Shown in pieces: positions 51,401 to 59,183 of a DNA stretch of 64,000 nt. How positions within the stretch are numbered: position 1 is the stretch's first letter; each line of letters opens with the position of its first letter. A program made the translations under genes and the position numbers. Below the pieces are notes generated by a model. The model had not been told where the DNA came from, ran no database searches, and was given only the letters and a program-made list of their open reading frames with translations. The stretch comes from a candidate division WWE3 bacterium RAAC2_WWE3_1 (GTDB taxonomy: Bacteria; Patescibacteriota; WWE3; UBA101185; UBA10185): assembly GCA_000503835.1 (NCBI GenBank), contig CP006914.1, positions 657,680-721,679 of the forward strand. Direction: 5' to 3'.

Positions 51401-52300
51401 GGTGTAAAGGTTGTTTTCGTAAGCATTTCGGGCTGTTCCCTGCTGTGCTATAGTTGAACCCGCAGGGGGGTTAAAACAAAGGGCGCTTACGGTATCCTGA
51501 CTGCCGTATATTCTCTGGCAATCTTCGTGATAAAAAGCTCCTTTATCCGGAGTGACGTCCGGATCATTTAGCCATCTGTCGAACTCTCCGATTACGCTTC
51601 CCCGCACTTTATATCTCGAATCCGCGTTAGTTATTTTCAGGAAAAAATTAAATTCGAGCTCAGGTTTGTAGGCCTGACTAAAAGTACCCTCGTATGAGGG
51701 AAGAAGAGAAGTGTCTGCCGGATTAGTTCTCGTTATATCGCAGCTCAACTTGTTAAAACTTACCGGATTTAATTGGGGCGGGGGTGGTGCATAGCTTGAG
51801 GCACCTGTACAGCTTAAGGGGGTGTTCAACGTAAAACTTGCGTAAGAAGGTATTCTAAATAGCCCTGCTAATTTCCCCCCGCAGGCAAATGCGAGGTACC
51901 TTATTTGGTTGTTTCCGACTTTCCTCATTGTTATGTAGTAGTAACCATTTTCATCGGAGGAGGTTGAGGAGAAGATGTTTGTTAGAGCCCCGTCGCTTTT
52001 GCAGGTAGGGGAAGTGGGGTCGCATTCGTACATATAAACAGAAACCCCTTCAATAGGGGGATTTGGACTGGCCGTAGTGGCACCTCCGACATCTACTTCC
52101 TGTGGGGTGGCACTTCTTACTACTCCGCAAACTACACCGAGTCTTGGATCTTCAGTTTTACGGCACGTTGTTCCGGGTTCGAAAACATCTGAGGGATCTG
52201 TTAAGTCCGCAGCGTGTGTAGTTGTTTTTCCAATACCCGCCGCAAAAATGAACAGCAATAATGAAAAAATATATTTTCCGCTCAGAAATTTGTACCTCAT
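48488..52300 (-). CDS. large secreted Cys-rich protein with N-terminal prealbumin/CnaB-like and C-terminal lysozyme/SLT-like domains
   Basis: Signal peptide; PIEGVSVYMY...SDENGYY; many Cys; IVDAAASIYQVPAASI...AIGPYDW...CNFLDATFAAAKEL. Confidence 0.6.
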   Translation of the reverse strand: MRYKFLSGKYIFSLLLFIFAAGIGKTTTHAADLTDPSDVFEPGTTCRKTEDPRLGVVCGVVRSATPQEVDVGGATTASPNPPIEGVSVYMYECDPTSPTCKSDGALTNIFSSTSSDENGYYYITMRKVGNNQIRYLAFACGGKLAGLFRIPSYASFTLNTPLSCTGASSYAPPPPQLNPVSFNKLSCDITRTNPADTSLLPSYEGTFSQAYKPELEFNFFLKITNADSRYKVRGSVIGEFDRWLNDPDVTPDKGAFYHEDCQRIYGSQDTVSALCFNPPAGSTIAQQGTARNAYENNLYTNALFTRMNFLPNIPIKNSLLFFKDITARQDVVNYSQNPTAPAQLLHTIFSNCRGSVYLRERNDTTKDVLPECDELKSCNSASATVEGDYRNRQYSAGPARNLANPAILLSETEATLDDSIKGTYVCQKGGTKIKIGDIQPPWSYCTPGKAGCTFVLDKTYWNPEFSYFFGNKGTSTKVGYSFEGTNDTFYGAGVNQKTFTRNQEKGGVPVKGGTYYSDNNYALSRNNGLTPIMAGIATSELSKTSYSLSYVLQRPGETLEDKALYDQGTIKIEDAGSNLLSFCENSNVNNHNDVFLPQNEATVDMNNDFKGNQDHYFDTVELSPKGKRTATSTIFYTTAAKFREYAYENLTNEVTKRMDIYDSLLTSSHGSGSYNPITLFLTWIGAAINSGLGSDNKSYFDRTSTYNLDPGAGDLRDDIQVGFDLSEENFENVFGLPTTANLSSDQWGNSACYPWNEIGVGDSCYERWNAPAPSEITRTCKVENCVTVQEVETCTCQVVNGSVVKYGCAPSVKTEQCPTTGDTTLIQQCIEKNIDCMSGGTPDLSCMSQNYGYNLDANVTCPAESSDSYWGSLNTMPSSGCVVYNCPGEIGPREYCVGQENTSCAIKRVDESDKGHACNLQDAGPYTCAASVSKDSNFRSSQSTFREATPDVGLDSTKIINNEMWKKLSHPLTNKVYGNLAFMSANTSVSQDTTNVSENKNKDIMGFGGAAPEYKMISAHALYVNPYSGGDTLNYHCINSELGSSTGWLCPLNPVPIPEIIDPNVLAQSLVPACQLSTTQECTNNFGSGIGALSPTFRLIVDAAASIYQVPAASIITYLKVVHKPDIPLYQYLFSTAGEQALFEASFPWYGKVSQCDDTNTAAIGPYDWIKTWFDKVDISSELDALSAGRSAVASRCNFLDATFAAAKELSGSGCANLTWPQASESIKDLAFGGNRVGAYADTELAGYWTEKGILWSSCYAGGSATQLPN

Positions 52301-52354
52301 AAAGTCCCCTAAATTATACCATCAACCGTTTCGAAAACCTGTTAAAATGGACCT

Positions 52355-52840
52355 ATGGGAGCCCATATTTTAGCTAAAAAAGATTACGTTCTGGCAAAGA
52401 ATAAAAAAGCCTTGCACAATTTTGCGGTCCTCGAGACTTATGTTGCAGGATTGGAATTAAAAGGCTATGAAGTCAAAGCAATCCGTGAGGGAAAAGTAAG
52501 TTTTGAGGGCTCTTATGTAGAAGGTGAGGACGGCGAGCTTTATGTAGTCAATTTATACATCGGCCGCTACTCTAAACAATCCAAAAACTTTGTCGAGGAG
52601 GATGCTAAGAGGAATAGAAGACTGCTTCTTAACAAAAATGAGGTATTAGGGGTCCTCCGTGACATTTCAGAAAAAGGGAAAACGGCCGTTCCTTTAGCTT
52701 TGGTTCTTAGGAACGGACGCATAAAGCTGGAAATTGCGGTTGCCAAGGGTAAGGGGGAATTTGAAAAAAAGGTAGTTACAAAAGAACGGCAGCTACAGCT
52801 CGACTTGGCGCGGGAAGCGAAAGAAATAATGTCCCGTTAA
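52355..52840 (+). CDS. smpB: SsrA-binding protein
   Basis: Motifs NKKALHNF, AGLELKGYEVKAIR, RRLLL and KGK. Adjacent to tmRNA. Confidence 0.96.
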   Translation: MGAHILAKKDYVLAKNKKALHNFAVLETYVAGLELKGYEVKAIREGKVSFEGSYVEGEDGELYVVNLYIGRYSKQSKNFVEEDAKRNRRLLLNKNEVLGVLRDISEKGKTAVPLALVLRNGRIKLEIAVAKGKGEFEKKVVTKERQLQLDLAREAKEIMSR

Positions 52841-52911
52841 CCGCATGGAATGACGACCTATAGTTATAATTAATCCTATTTTCGTGGTAAAATACGCGTG
52901 TACTTTAACAA

Positions 52912-53300
52912 GGGGATGCACAGGATTTGATTGAGTCCGATTTCGTGCAGTCGCAAGCAGGGGAGCTGAACCCTTATATTTAGCAAAACCATAAATGCCG
53001 ATAAAGACGCATTTGTAGGCGTACCAGCAATGGCCGCCGTAGCAGCTTAATTTATTAACGCTGCGGATCCCGTTTCTTTTGCCCGGAAGGGTTTACGGGG
53101 TCTAATAAATCCGGGAAGAGGTCATATCAGCAATAGCCCTGTTGATACACCGGGGATGAAAAATCCAAAGATCTTAGCTTGCGGTAGGGCAGAAAAGGTT
53201 CTTCAAGCACCCGGCTCTATCTAAGATAAGCTTGGATAAGTTTGTAGAAGCTGCATGAGAAGTTCTCAAGACGGGGGTTCGATTCCCCCCATCTCCACCA
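52912..53300 (+). ncRNA. ssrA: tmRNA; tag reading frame 52997-53050 encodes (A)ADKDAFVGVPAMAAVAA*
   Basis: 5' GGGGATG pairs with 3' CATCTCC-ACCA including G3.U; T-arm GGGGGTTCGATTCCCCC; tag ends in AA; follows smpB. Confidence 0.93.
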
Positions 53301-53465
53301 TGAAATTTTGAAAAGCAACAAGTATATTCGGGTATGCTTCGTATGTCGAAATCCGTTTGTGTTGCCTGGTACATAAGTCATAGGCTGTTATAAAAGCCAA
53401 AAGTCCTCCTATACACTATAATGCTGTATTTTCTCTGCATCACGATGTATCATAATCATTGCATT

Positions 53466-54953
53466 ATGATGCAGATAGAGTTAGATAACATTTTAGATAC
53501 TGTAAAGAAGCTAAACCCGTGGTTTAAGACTGCGGAAGTCCCTTCTAAATTCTTAAAACCATATGTTCGAGAAGAGTTGAGCATCCTAAAGGATACAATG
53601 CAAAACAATGAGCTAGCCACGCTTCTTATTGGTGGCAGAAGAGTTGGAAAAAGCGTGTTGATGTATCAACTTATTGATTCTTTAATTAGGTCGGGGGTAG
53701 ATCCTAAGAAAATACTTTTTGTCCAAGGCGATAACACCATTTTGAGAGAAAACATTTTGGATAAAAATATTTTAAGTGCGGTCATAAAGACTTATGAGAA
53801 GTATATTCTTGATGATGACTTATCTTCTGTTGAAGACACAGTCTATATTTTTCTTGACGAAGCACAGGCACTGCCTAATTGGGATGCCGAGGTTAAAAAT
53901 CACATAGACTTGAAGTACCCAATAAAATTTCTTATTTCTGGTTCCTCCAGTACTAAATTGAGGCAAGGAATTCAGAATCCATTAGTAGGTAGGGTTCACG
54001 TTACAATTTTGTCCCCTTTCAGTTTCCGTGACTTTATTGGATATGAGTCTAGTACCAATGCACTCGATATCCCTTTAAGGGAAATAGACGAGTTGCGAGA
54101 TGAATTCCATGAGTTACTTAAAGCACCGAATATGATTAAGATACAGGAAATTGTAAATAACTTAACACACGTTAAAAACTCATCAGCGTTAGTAAATTTG
54201 TTTAAAGATTATGCTTTATACGGTGGGTTTCCTTATGTAGTTGAGAATAAGGATAAAGAGGATGTTAATAAATACTTACGCGATATATTGCAAATGACTT
54301 TTTCAAAAGATGTTTTGCAGGAAGAGCAAATAAGGGAACCTTTAGCGTTTGAAAGGTTGATGGTAAATATATGTATGAATATAAGTGGTGTATTTAAGTT
54401 AAACTCACTTGCTGAAAAGATTGGTCTTAAAGATGAGAGGACGGTTAGAAGATACATAGATTACTATGTGGACTCACATTATGCTTTTGTCAGCTTGCCT
54501 TTTTCGTTTACAAATAAGCAGGAAACTATAAAGTCAAACAAAAAGATCTACTCTATAGATTCAGGTGTAGTCAATACTCTCTTGTTTAAAAACCAAAAGG
54601 ATTTAGAGAAGGATACAGCGTACATGGGTGTAATAGCTGAGAATATAGTTCATAACGCATTGTTAAGATTTAAACAATGCGCAAGTGGAAATATATATGA
54701 TAGCATTCCTCATTGGAATAATACAAAAACACATCGAGAGATAGATTTTGTTTTTGAAACAGACGGTCAGATTTATCCCGTTGAAGTTAAAAATAAGGAT
54801 ACAATCCGAGAGGAAGAGTTGTTAGAACTGGACTCGTTTTTAACAAGAAAAGAGCTGTCGGGAGTTGGTTTTGTAGTTACCAGTTCATTATTTGAGAAAC
54901 GTGGTACTAATATGTTATTAGTTCCCACACCCATTTTTTCCTTACTCCTGTAA
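53466..54953 (+). CDS. AAA+ ATPase (AAA_14/DUF4143 family) with C-terminal nuclease-like motif
   Basis: Motifs NPWF, GGRRVGKS, FLDEAQ, SGSS, GGFP, KIYSIDSG and EIDF...PVEVK. Visibly AT-richer than flanks. Start uncertain (53421-53469). Confidence 0.85.
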   Translation: MMQIELDNILDTVKKLNPWFKTAEVPSKFLKPYVREELSILKDTMQNNELATLLIGGRRVGKSVLMYQLIDSLIRSGVDPKKILFVQGDNTILRENILDKNILSAVIKTYEKYILDDDLSSVEDTVYIFLDEAQALPNWDAEVKNHIDLKYPIKFLISGSSSTKLRQGIQNPLVGRVHVTILSPFSFRDFIGYESSTNALDIPLREIDELRDEFHELLKAPNMIKIQEIVNNLTHVKNSSALVNLFKDYALYGGFPYVVENKDKEDVNKYLRDILQMTFSKDVLQEEQIREPLAFERLMVNICMNISGVFKLNSLAEKIGLKDERTVRRYIDYYVDSHYAFVSLPFSFTNKQETIKSNKKIYSIDSGVVNTLLFKNQKDLEKDTAYMGVIAENIVHNALLRFKQCASGNIYDSIPHWNNTKTHREIDFVFETDGQIYPVEVKNKDTIREEELLELDSFLTRKELSGVGFVVTSSLFEKRGTNMLLVPTPIFSLLL

Positions 54954-55134
54954 CTACATGTACCTAATTCTAATATATGGTTTTGCAGGAAGCTGCTTAA
55001 CAAGTTACGATTATGCGGCTAGATAAGCTAGTGTCCCATTTTAATACTCATTCTAAGGTTGGGCTCTAGCAGTATAGTTAATGCTGTCTTAAAAAATTTA
55101 ATCCCGTTTGTAGAGGGGCATATTTTTTCTCCGT

Positions 55135-55161
55135 AAAAAAAACAGAGCCTTCCGGCCCCGC
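55135..55161 (-). terminator. intrinsic terminator on the minus strand
   Basis: Minus strand reads GCGGGGCC-GGAA-GGCTCTG followed by T8. Confidence 0.6.
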
Positions 55162-55378
55162 TTTTATATCCGTCTCTCTTTTCTTATTTATCGCAAACCG
55201 AAATGTTACCAGACATTTCATCAGGATGTCTACAAAATTCTAATTTGGTTAGAGGGCTGCTCCTTTTAACAGGTGCCTCCAAGCGTATTATTACTACAGG
55301 ACACCAACTGTCCCATACTATGAGTCCCCATGTATTTAATCCTTGTAATAACAATATAAAATGCGTTGTGGATAACCT

Positions 55379-56107
55379 ATGGAGAACTTACTAAAATATT
55401 TATTTCCGCCCAAATGTGTGTTTTGCGGTAGCGAGGGAGAGATTTTTTGCGGCACGTGCCTGGCTGAATGTTCGTTACTTCCTACACAGTATTGTTTACT
55501 CTGCGACTTACCCTCAGAAAGCGGTTATACCCACAAGCATTGCGCGGAAAAGGCTAAAGTTCCGGTGCCCTCGCGCCTTTTATGCGTGTACAGCTACTCG
55601 GGAAAAGTTAGAGATTGCATAAAATTTTCCAAATATGGAGCAAAACAGTTTTTGAGCTTACGCCAGTTATGCAGAGAGGCCGCCGGTGTTTACGATGAAA
55701 TGTGGGGCGTCCCTACAACGGATTTATGCCTGCCGATTCCTTCCAGTCCTAAGAAACTTGCGTCCCGCGGTTTTAATCAGGCAAATATGATAGCGGAGGA
55801 ATTTTCCAAGAAATTTCATTTGTCCCTGAACAAAAATTTGTTAATTAGAGTGAGAAATACCGAAGCGCAGCACACGCAGGATAGAGAAGGCAGGCGAGAG
55901 AATGTAAGAGGATCGTTTGCCGTAACTAACCCATCTGAAATAAAAGAAAAAAAGATTCTACTCGTGGATGACATAAGTACGACCGGCGCCACCTTTATAG
56001 AATCAACTAAAGTTTTATACGCGGCGGGAGCGGCGGAAGTTCAGTGTCTCGCCCTAAGTAAACGCGAAAAAGTTTGCTATAATGGTGCGGCATATAACCC
56101 CGCTTAA
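55379..56107 (+). CDS. comF: ComF family protein (double zinc ribbon plus PRTase)
   Basis: Motifs LFPPKCVFC, CxxC pairs, RGFNQA and LLVDDISTTGAT. Confidence 0.92.
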   Translation: MENLLKYLFPPKCVFCGSEGEIFCGTCLAECSLLPTQYCLLCDLPSESGYTHKHCAEKAKVPVPSRLLCVYSYSGKVRDCIKFSKYGAKQFLSLRQLCREAAGVYDEMWGVPTTDLCLPIPSSPKKLASRGFNQANMIAEEFSKKFHLSLNKNLLIRVRNTEAQHTQDREGRRENVRGSFAVTNPSEIKEKKILLVDDISTTGATFIESTKVLYAAGAAEVQCLALSKREKVCYNGAAYNPA

Positions 56108-56126
56108 TGTGGCCGTATATATCCCT

Positions 56127-56214
56127 GGAGGGTTGGCAGAGCGGTAATGCAGCGGCTTGCTAAGCCGTGACGGTTAATTGCCGTCCACAGGTTCGAATCC
56201 TGTACCCTCCGCCA
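56127..56214 (+). tRNA. tRNA-Ser(GCT)
   Basis: GGAGGGT acceptor pairs with ACCCTCC-GCCA; anticodon arm GCGGC-TTGCTAA-GCCGT; long variable arm; GGTTCGAATCC. Confidence 0.95.
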
Positions 56215-56231
56215 AGAAACAACAACTTATA

Positions 56232-57320
56232 ATGACTGCTAAGCGACACAGAACAAAGATCGGAATAATACTGGGAACCCGCCCCGAAATAATAAAGTTA
56301 TCATCTATAATTCAAATATGCCGGGAAGAGAAGGCAAACTTTTTTATTCTTCACACTAACCAACACTACTCGGAAAACATGGACAAGATTTTTTTTAAAG
56401 ACCTGGAGTTACCCGAACCCAAATACAACCTTAATGTTCAGGAGAGGCTTCACGGGAAAATGATAGGCAGAATGATCGTCGGAATCGAAGAGGTACTTAT
56501 TAAAGAGAAACCGGATTGGATTTTAGTTCAGGGAGACACTAATACGGTTTTGTCAGGGGCGTTGGCCTCCTCGAAATTAAATGTAAGGATAGGCCACGTT
56601 GAATCGGGACTGCGAAGCTACGACCGCACCATGCCCGAGGAGATAAACAGGATCGTGGCCGACCACATCTCGGATGCATTGTTTTGTCCCACGGAAAAAC
56701 AGGCAAACATAGCCCGGGGCGAAGGAATATCGGCGTCGAAGATATTTGTCACGGGAAACACCGTTGTGGACGCCGTGTATAGGGGTAAAAAAATACTGAG
56801 AAAAGGTCGTCTAGCCGATAAATACAAAAGCGAACGTTTCGCTCTCTTAACGCTTCACCGTCCGTCAAACGTAGATGACCGCGGAACACTTTACCGTATT
56901 CTTGAAGCAGTTCATTCCGCAGCCGTCGAAAACAACCTAACGGTTTATTTTCCCGTACACCCGCGGACCATGAAAAACTTGGAAACATTTAATATTAATC
57001 TTGACCCGAGCACCTTTAAGCTGATTGAGCCCGTTGGGTTTTTGGAAATGCTGACGCTGGAGCAATCGGCAAAAGTAATTCTGACCGATTCCGGAGGAGT
57101 GCAGGAAGAGGCTTGTATATTAGGTATTCCCTGTGTAACTATCAGGGATAATACCGAACGACCCGAAACTATTGAGGTCGGAGCGAACGTATTGGTCGGG
57201 AGTGACCCTAAAAAGATCCGAAAAGGAATAACAGACTCTTTGTTGCAGAAACGACATTGGAAAAACCCCTTCGGTGATGGTCTTGCGGGGAAGAGGATAT
57301 TTAAGCACATTACGAAATAA
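56232..57320 (+). CDS. wecB: UDP-N-acetylglucosamine 2-epimerase (non-hydrolysing)
   Basis: Motifs GTRPEIIK, QGDT, HVESGLRS, MPEE.NR, TDSGGVQEE and TERPE. The ORF-track start lies inside the tRNA, so ATG 56232 is used. Confidence 0.95.
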   Translation: MTAKRHRTKIGIILGTRPEIIKLSSIIQICREEKANFFILHTNQHYSENMDKIFFKDLELPEPKYNLNVQERLHGKMIGRMIVGIEEVLIKEKPDWILVQGDTNTVLSGALASSKLNVRIGHVESGLRSYDRTMPEEINRIVADHISDALFCPTEKQANIARGEGISASKIFVTGNTVVDAVYRGKKILRKGRLADKYKSERFALLTLHRPSNVDDRGTLYRILEAVHSAAVENNLTVYFPVHPRTMKNLETFNINLDPSTFKLIEPVGFLEMLTLEQSAKVILTDSGGVQEEACILGIPCVTIRDNTERPETIEVGANVLVGSDPKKIRKGITDSLLQKRHWKNPFGDGLAGKRIFKHITK

Positions 57321-57392
57321 TTCCGGAGCGGAAAACTCTAAGTATGTTTCGCATTTATTGCGTTCTATCGGTAAAAAAACTATTATTGGACT

Positions 57393-57974
57393 ATGCAAAT
57401 ACCATACTCAAAGATTTTGAACTTTGTAGGTTTGACCAACCAAAAACCGTCCGATAATAAACGACCTGATGGTTTTGACCCCCAAACTCTTGCACCGAAA
57501 GAAATATACGTTGAATGGGAGTCGGTAGTTAAGGCTGAGGTCAAAGAGATGAACAAAAGATTCTCAAGGACCTTTATTATTATAGCTGTTGTTATCGCAC
57601 TTTTGCTCGTGGTAATGAAGGAGTTCGGGTTGATCTTTGTTGTGGCGAGTTTGATTTTTTTCCTGGTGTCGCTTAACAGGCTGCCCGAGCACTCTGTTCA
57701 TGTGGAAGCATCGAGCCACGGAATTAAGTACGGTGACTCCATGTATTATTGGCACGACCTCAGGCAATTCTTTTTTAAACAAATCGCAGGGGCGGAGATT
57801 ATGATTGTAGATACCTACACCTACCTTCCCGGGCGTTTATTTTTTAGTTTCAATCCCGCCGACAAGGCTAAAATAAAAGAGTCGTTGGATAAGCACATAA
57901 CTTATCTTTCAGTGGAGCCGATGTCCTTTCTCGATAAGCTTTTCGAGAACGTCAAAAGCAAATTTAATATATAA
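57393..57974 (+). CDS. hypothetical two-TM membrane protein
   Basis: Two TMs plus a PH-like C-terminus (GIKYGDSMYYWHDLRQF). TATTAT 6 nt before the ATG. Confidence 0.7.
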   Translation: MQIPYSKILNFVGLTNQKPSDNKRPDGFDPQTLAPKEIYVEWESVVKAEVKEMNKRFSRTFIIIAVVIALLLVVMKEFGLIFVVASLIFFLVSLNRLPEHSVHVEASSHGIKYGDSMYYWHDLRQFFFKQIAGAEIMIVDTYTYLPGRLFFSFNPADKAKIKESLDKHITYLSVEPMSFLDKLFENVKSKFNI

Positions 57975-57989
57975 TCACCCTGTAAATAG

Positions 57990-58065
57990 GCACCCGTAGT
58001 TCAGAGGATAGAACGCAGCGTTGCGGACGCTGAAGTCGGGGGTTCGAGTCCCTCCGGGTGCGCCA
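57990..58065 (+). tRNA. tRNA-Arg(GCG)
   Basis: GCACCCG pairs with CGGGTGC-GCCA; anticodon arm CAGCG-TTGCGGA-CGCTG; 76 nt. Confidence 0.93.
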
Positions 58066-58213
58066 TGAAATTTCGTAAGTACCCAAAGGATGCTTACGAA
58101 ATTTTATTGTTGTACTTGAAGACTCGAATGGCGCAGGCACGGCGGTGCCGAGCCGGGGCCGGGCGGATTGCCAGCAGGCGAGAACGCGTGGCCGAGTCCC
58201 TCCGGGTGCGCCA
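58066..58213 (+). repeat. tRNA-Arg-linked 148-bp element ending in a direct copy of the tRNA 3' end
   Basis: CGAGTCCCTCCGGGTGCGCCA at 58045-58065 and 58193-58213. Hairpin AAATTTCGTAAG/CTTACGAAATTT extends into an inverted degenerate tRNA 3' end (TGTACTTGAAGACTCGAA). Confidence 0.9.
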
Positions 58214-58241
58214 TGGAATTTCAGCATGCTACTATAGAGGT

Positions 58242-59057
58242 ATGAAGCATATTCTTTATCATGAGAACAATCTAAAGCACCCGTATGCTCCTCAGGAAGA
58301 TTCCTATCTCCATTCTACAAAAGAAGGTATTTTTGTAGTTGCAGATGGTGTAACGCACGACCCCACAGACCCAACTCTATATCCAATGCCTTCAGATTCT
58401 TATGAGGTTGCACGAATTGTATGTAATGAAGTAATTAAATACCTTGAAGGAAAAGAATTTACAACCGACTCAATAAAGTCGGCTTATTCGGAAGCAAACA
58501 AAAAAGTTGCCGAATATAATTTACATTCTCCTTTATATGCAGAAAGAAAAAATAATGGATTTACTATTGGAGCAGCTGCTGCATCGGTAGTTTGGATAAA
58601 AGAAAATAAACTACTTTATGGAGTTTTAGATGATTGTTTTATTTCTGTATTTGGAGACGATCTTGTTGACCACCCGATGTTGAAATCCTACGTTGAGATG
58701 TCGGCTAAATACCTCGATGGTAATTTTGATTGGGGAAAAATAGGAACCAGAAGACATTGGCGGGAGAATATCAGAAATCACAAAGTAGTTATTGAAGGTA
58801 AGGAGTATGGTTATGGTGTCATTGATGGTAGGGAAGGTTTTGACCAATATCTCCAAACAGGTGAGGTAGCCCTCAACAAAGGAGATTTAGTTTGTGTTTA
58901 TACTGACGGGTTTATTAAAATGTTTCAAGACAGGGAATTCGCCAAAGAGTTGAAGGAAAAGCCGTTTACAGCTGAAACATATAAATTTATCTCTGAAACA
59001 GCAATAAAACTGGAACAATATAAAGAAAAGACCGGTTACTTTATAAAAAATGATTAA
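58242..59057 (+). CDS. PP2C/PPM-like phosphatase domain protein
   Basis: Motifs QEDS, FVVADGV and VYTDG. Start at ATG 58242, with TGcTACTAT 6 nt upstream. AT-rich. Confidence 0.75.
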   Translation: MKHILYHENNLKHPYAPQEDSYLHSTKEGIFVVADGVTHDPTDPTLYPMPSDSYEVARIVCNEVIKYLEGKEFTTDSIKSAYSEANKKVAEYNLHSPLYAERKNNGFTIGAAAASVVWIKENKLLYGVLDDCFISVFGDDLVDHPMLKSYVEMSAKYLDGNFDWGKIGTRRHWRENIRNHKVVIEGKEYGYGVIDGREGFDQYLQTGEVALNKGDLVCVYTDGFIKMFQDREFAKELKEKPFTAETYKFISETAIKLEQYKEKTGYFIKND

Positions 59058-59183
59058 CACACCGAGCTTTTGTGTAGAGATTTAATTTCTGAACTGATGT
59101 GCTGCGGTGCGTTAGAAATTTCGGGGGTATTTCCAACGCTGTTTATTCCCAAACCAACCCAATTGCCTTAAACTAATAAATAC

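Noticed and set aside
16597-52300. Integrative conjugative element
   Set aside because: T4SS-like genes are interspersed with dnaA, aminoacyl-tRNA synthetases and ribosomal genes, and no relaxase, integrase or att pair is present.
53174-53374. 66-aa minus-strand ORF
   Set aside because: It is antisense to the tmRNA 3' half.
57964-58241. Minus-strand ORF 57964-58227 and the N-terminal extension of ORF 58065-59057
   Set aside because: Both run through tRNA-Arg or its echo element. The PP2C-like protein plausibly starts at ATG 58242.
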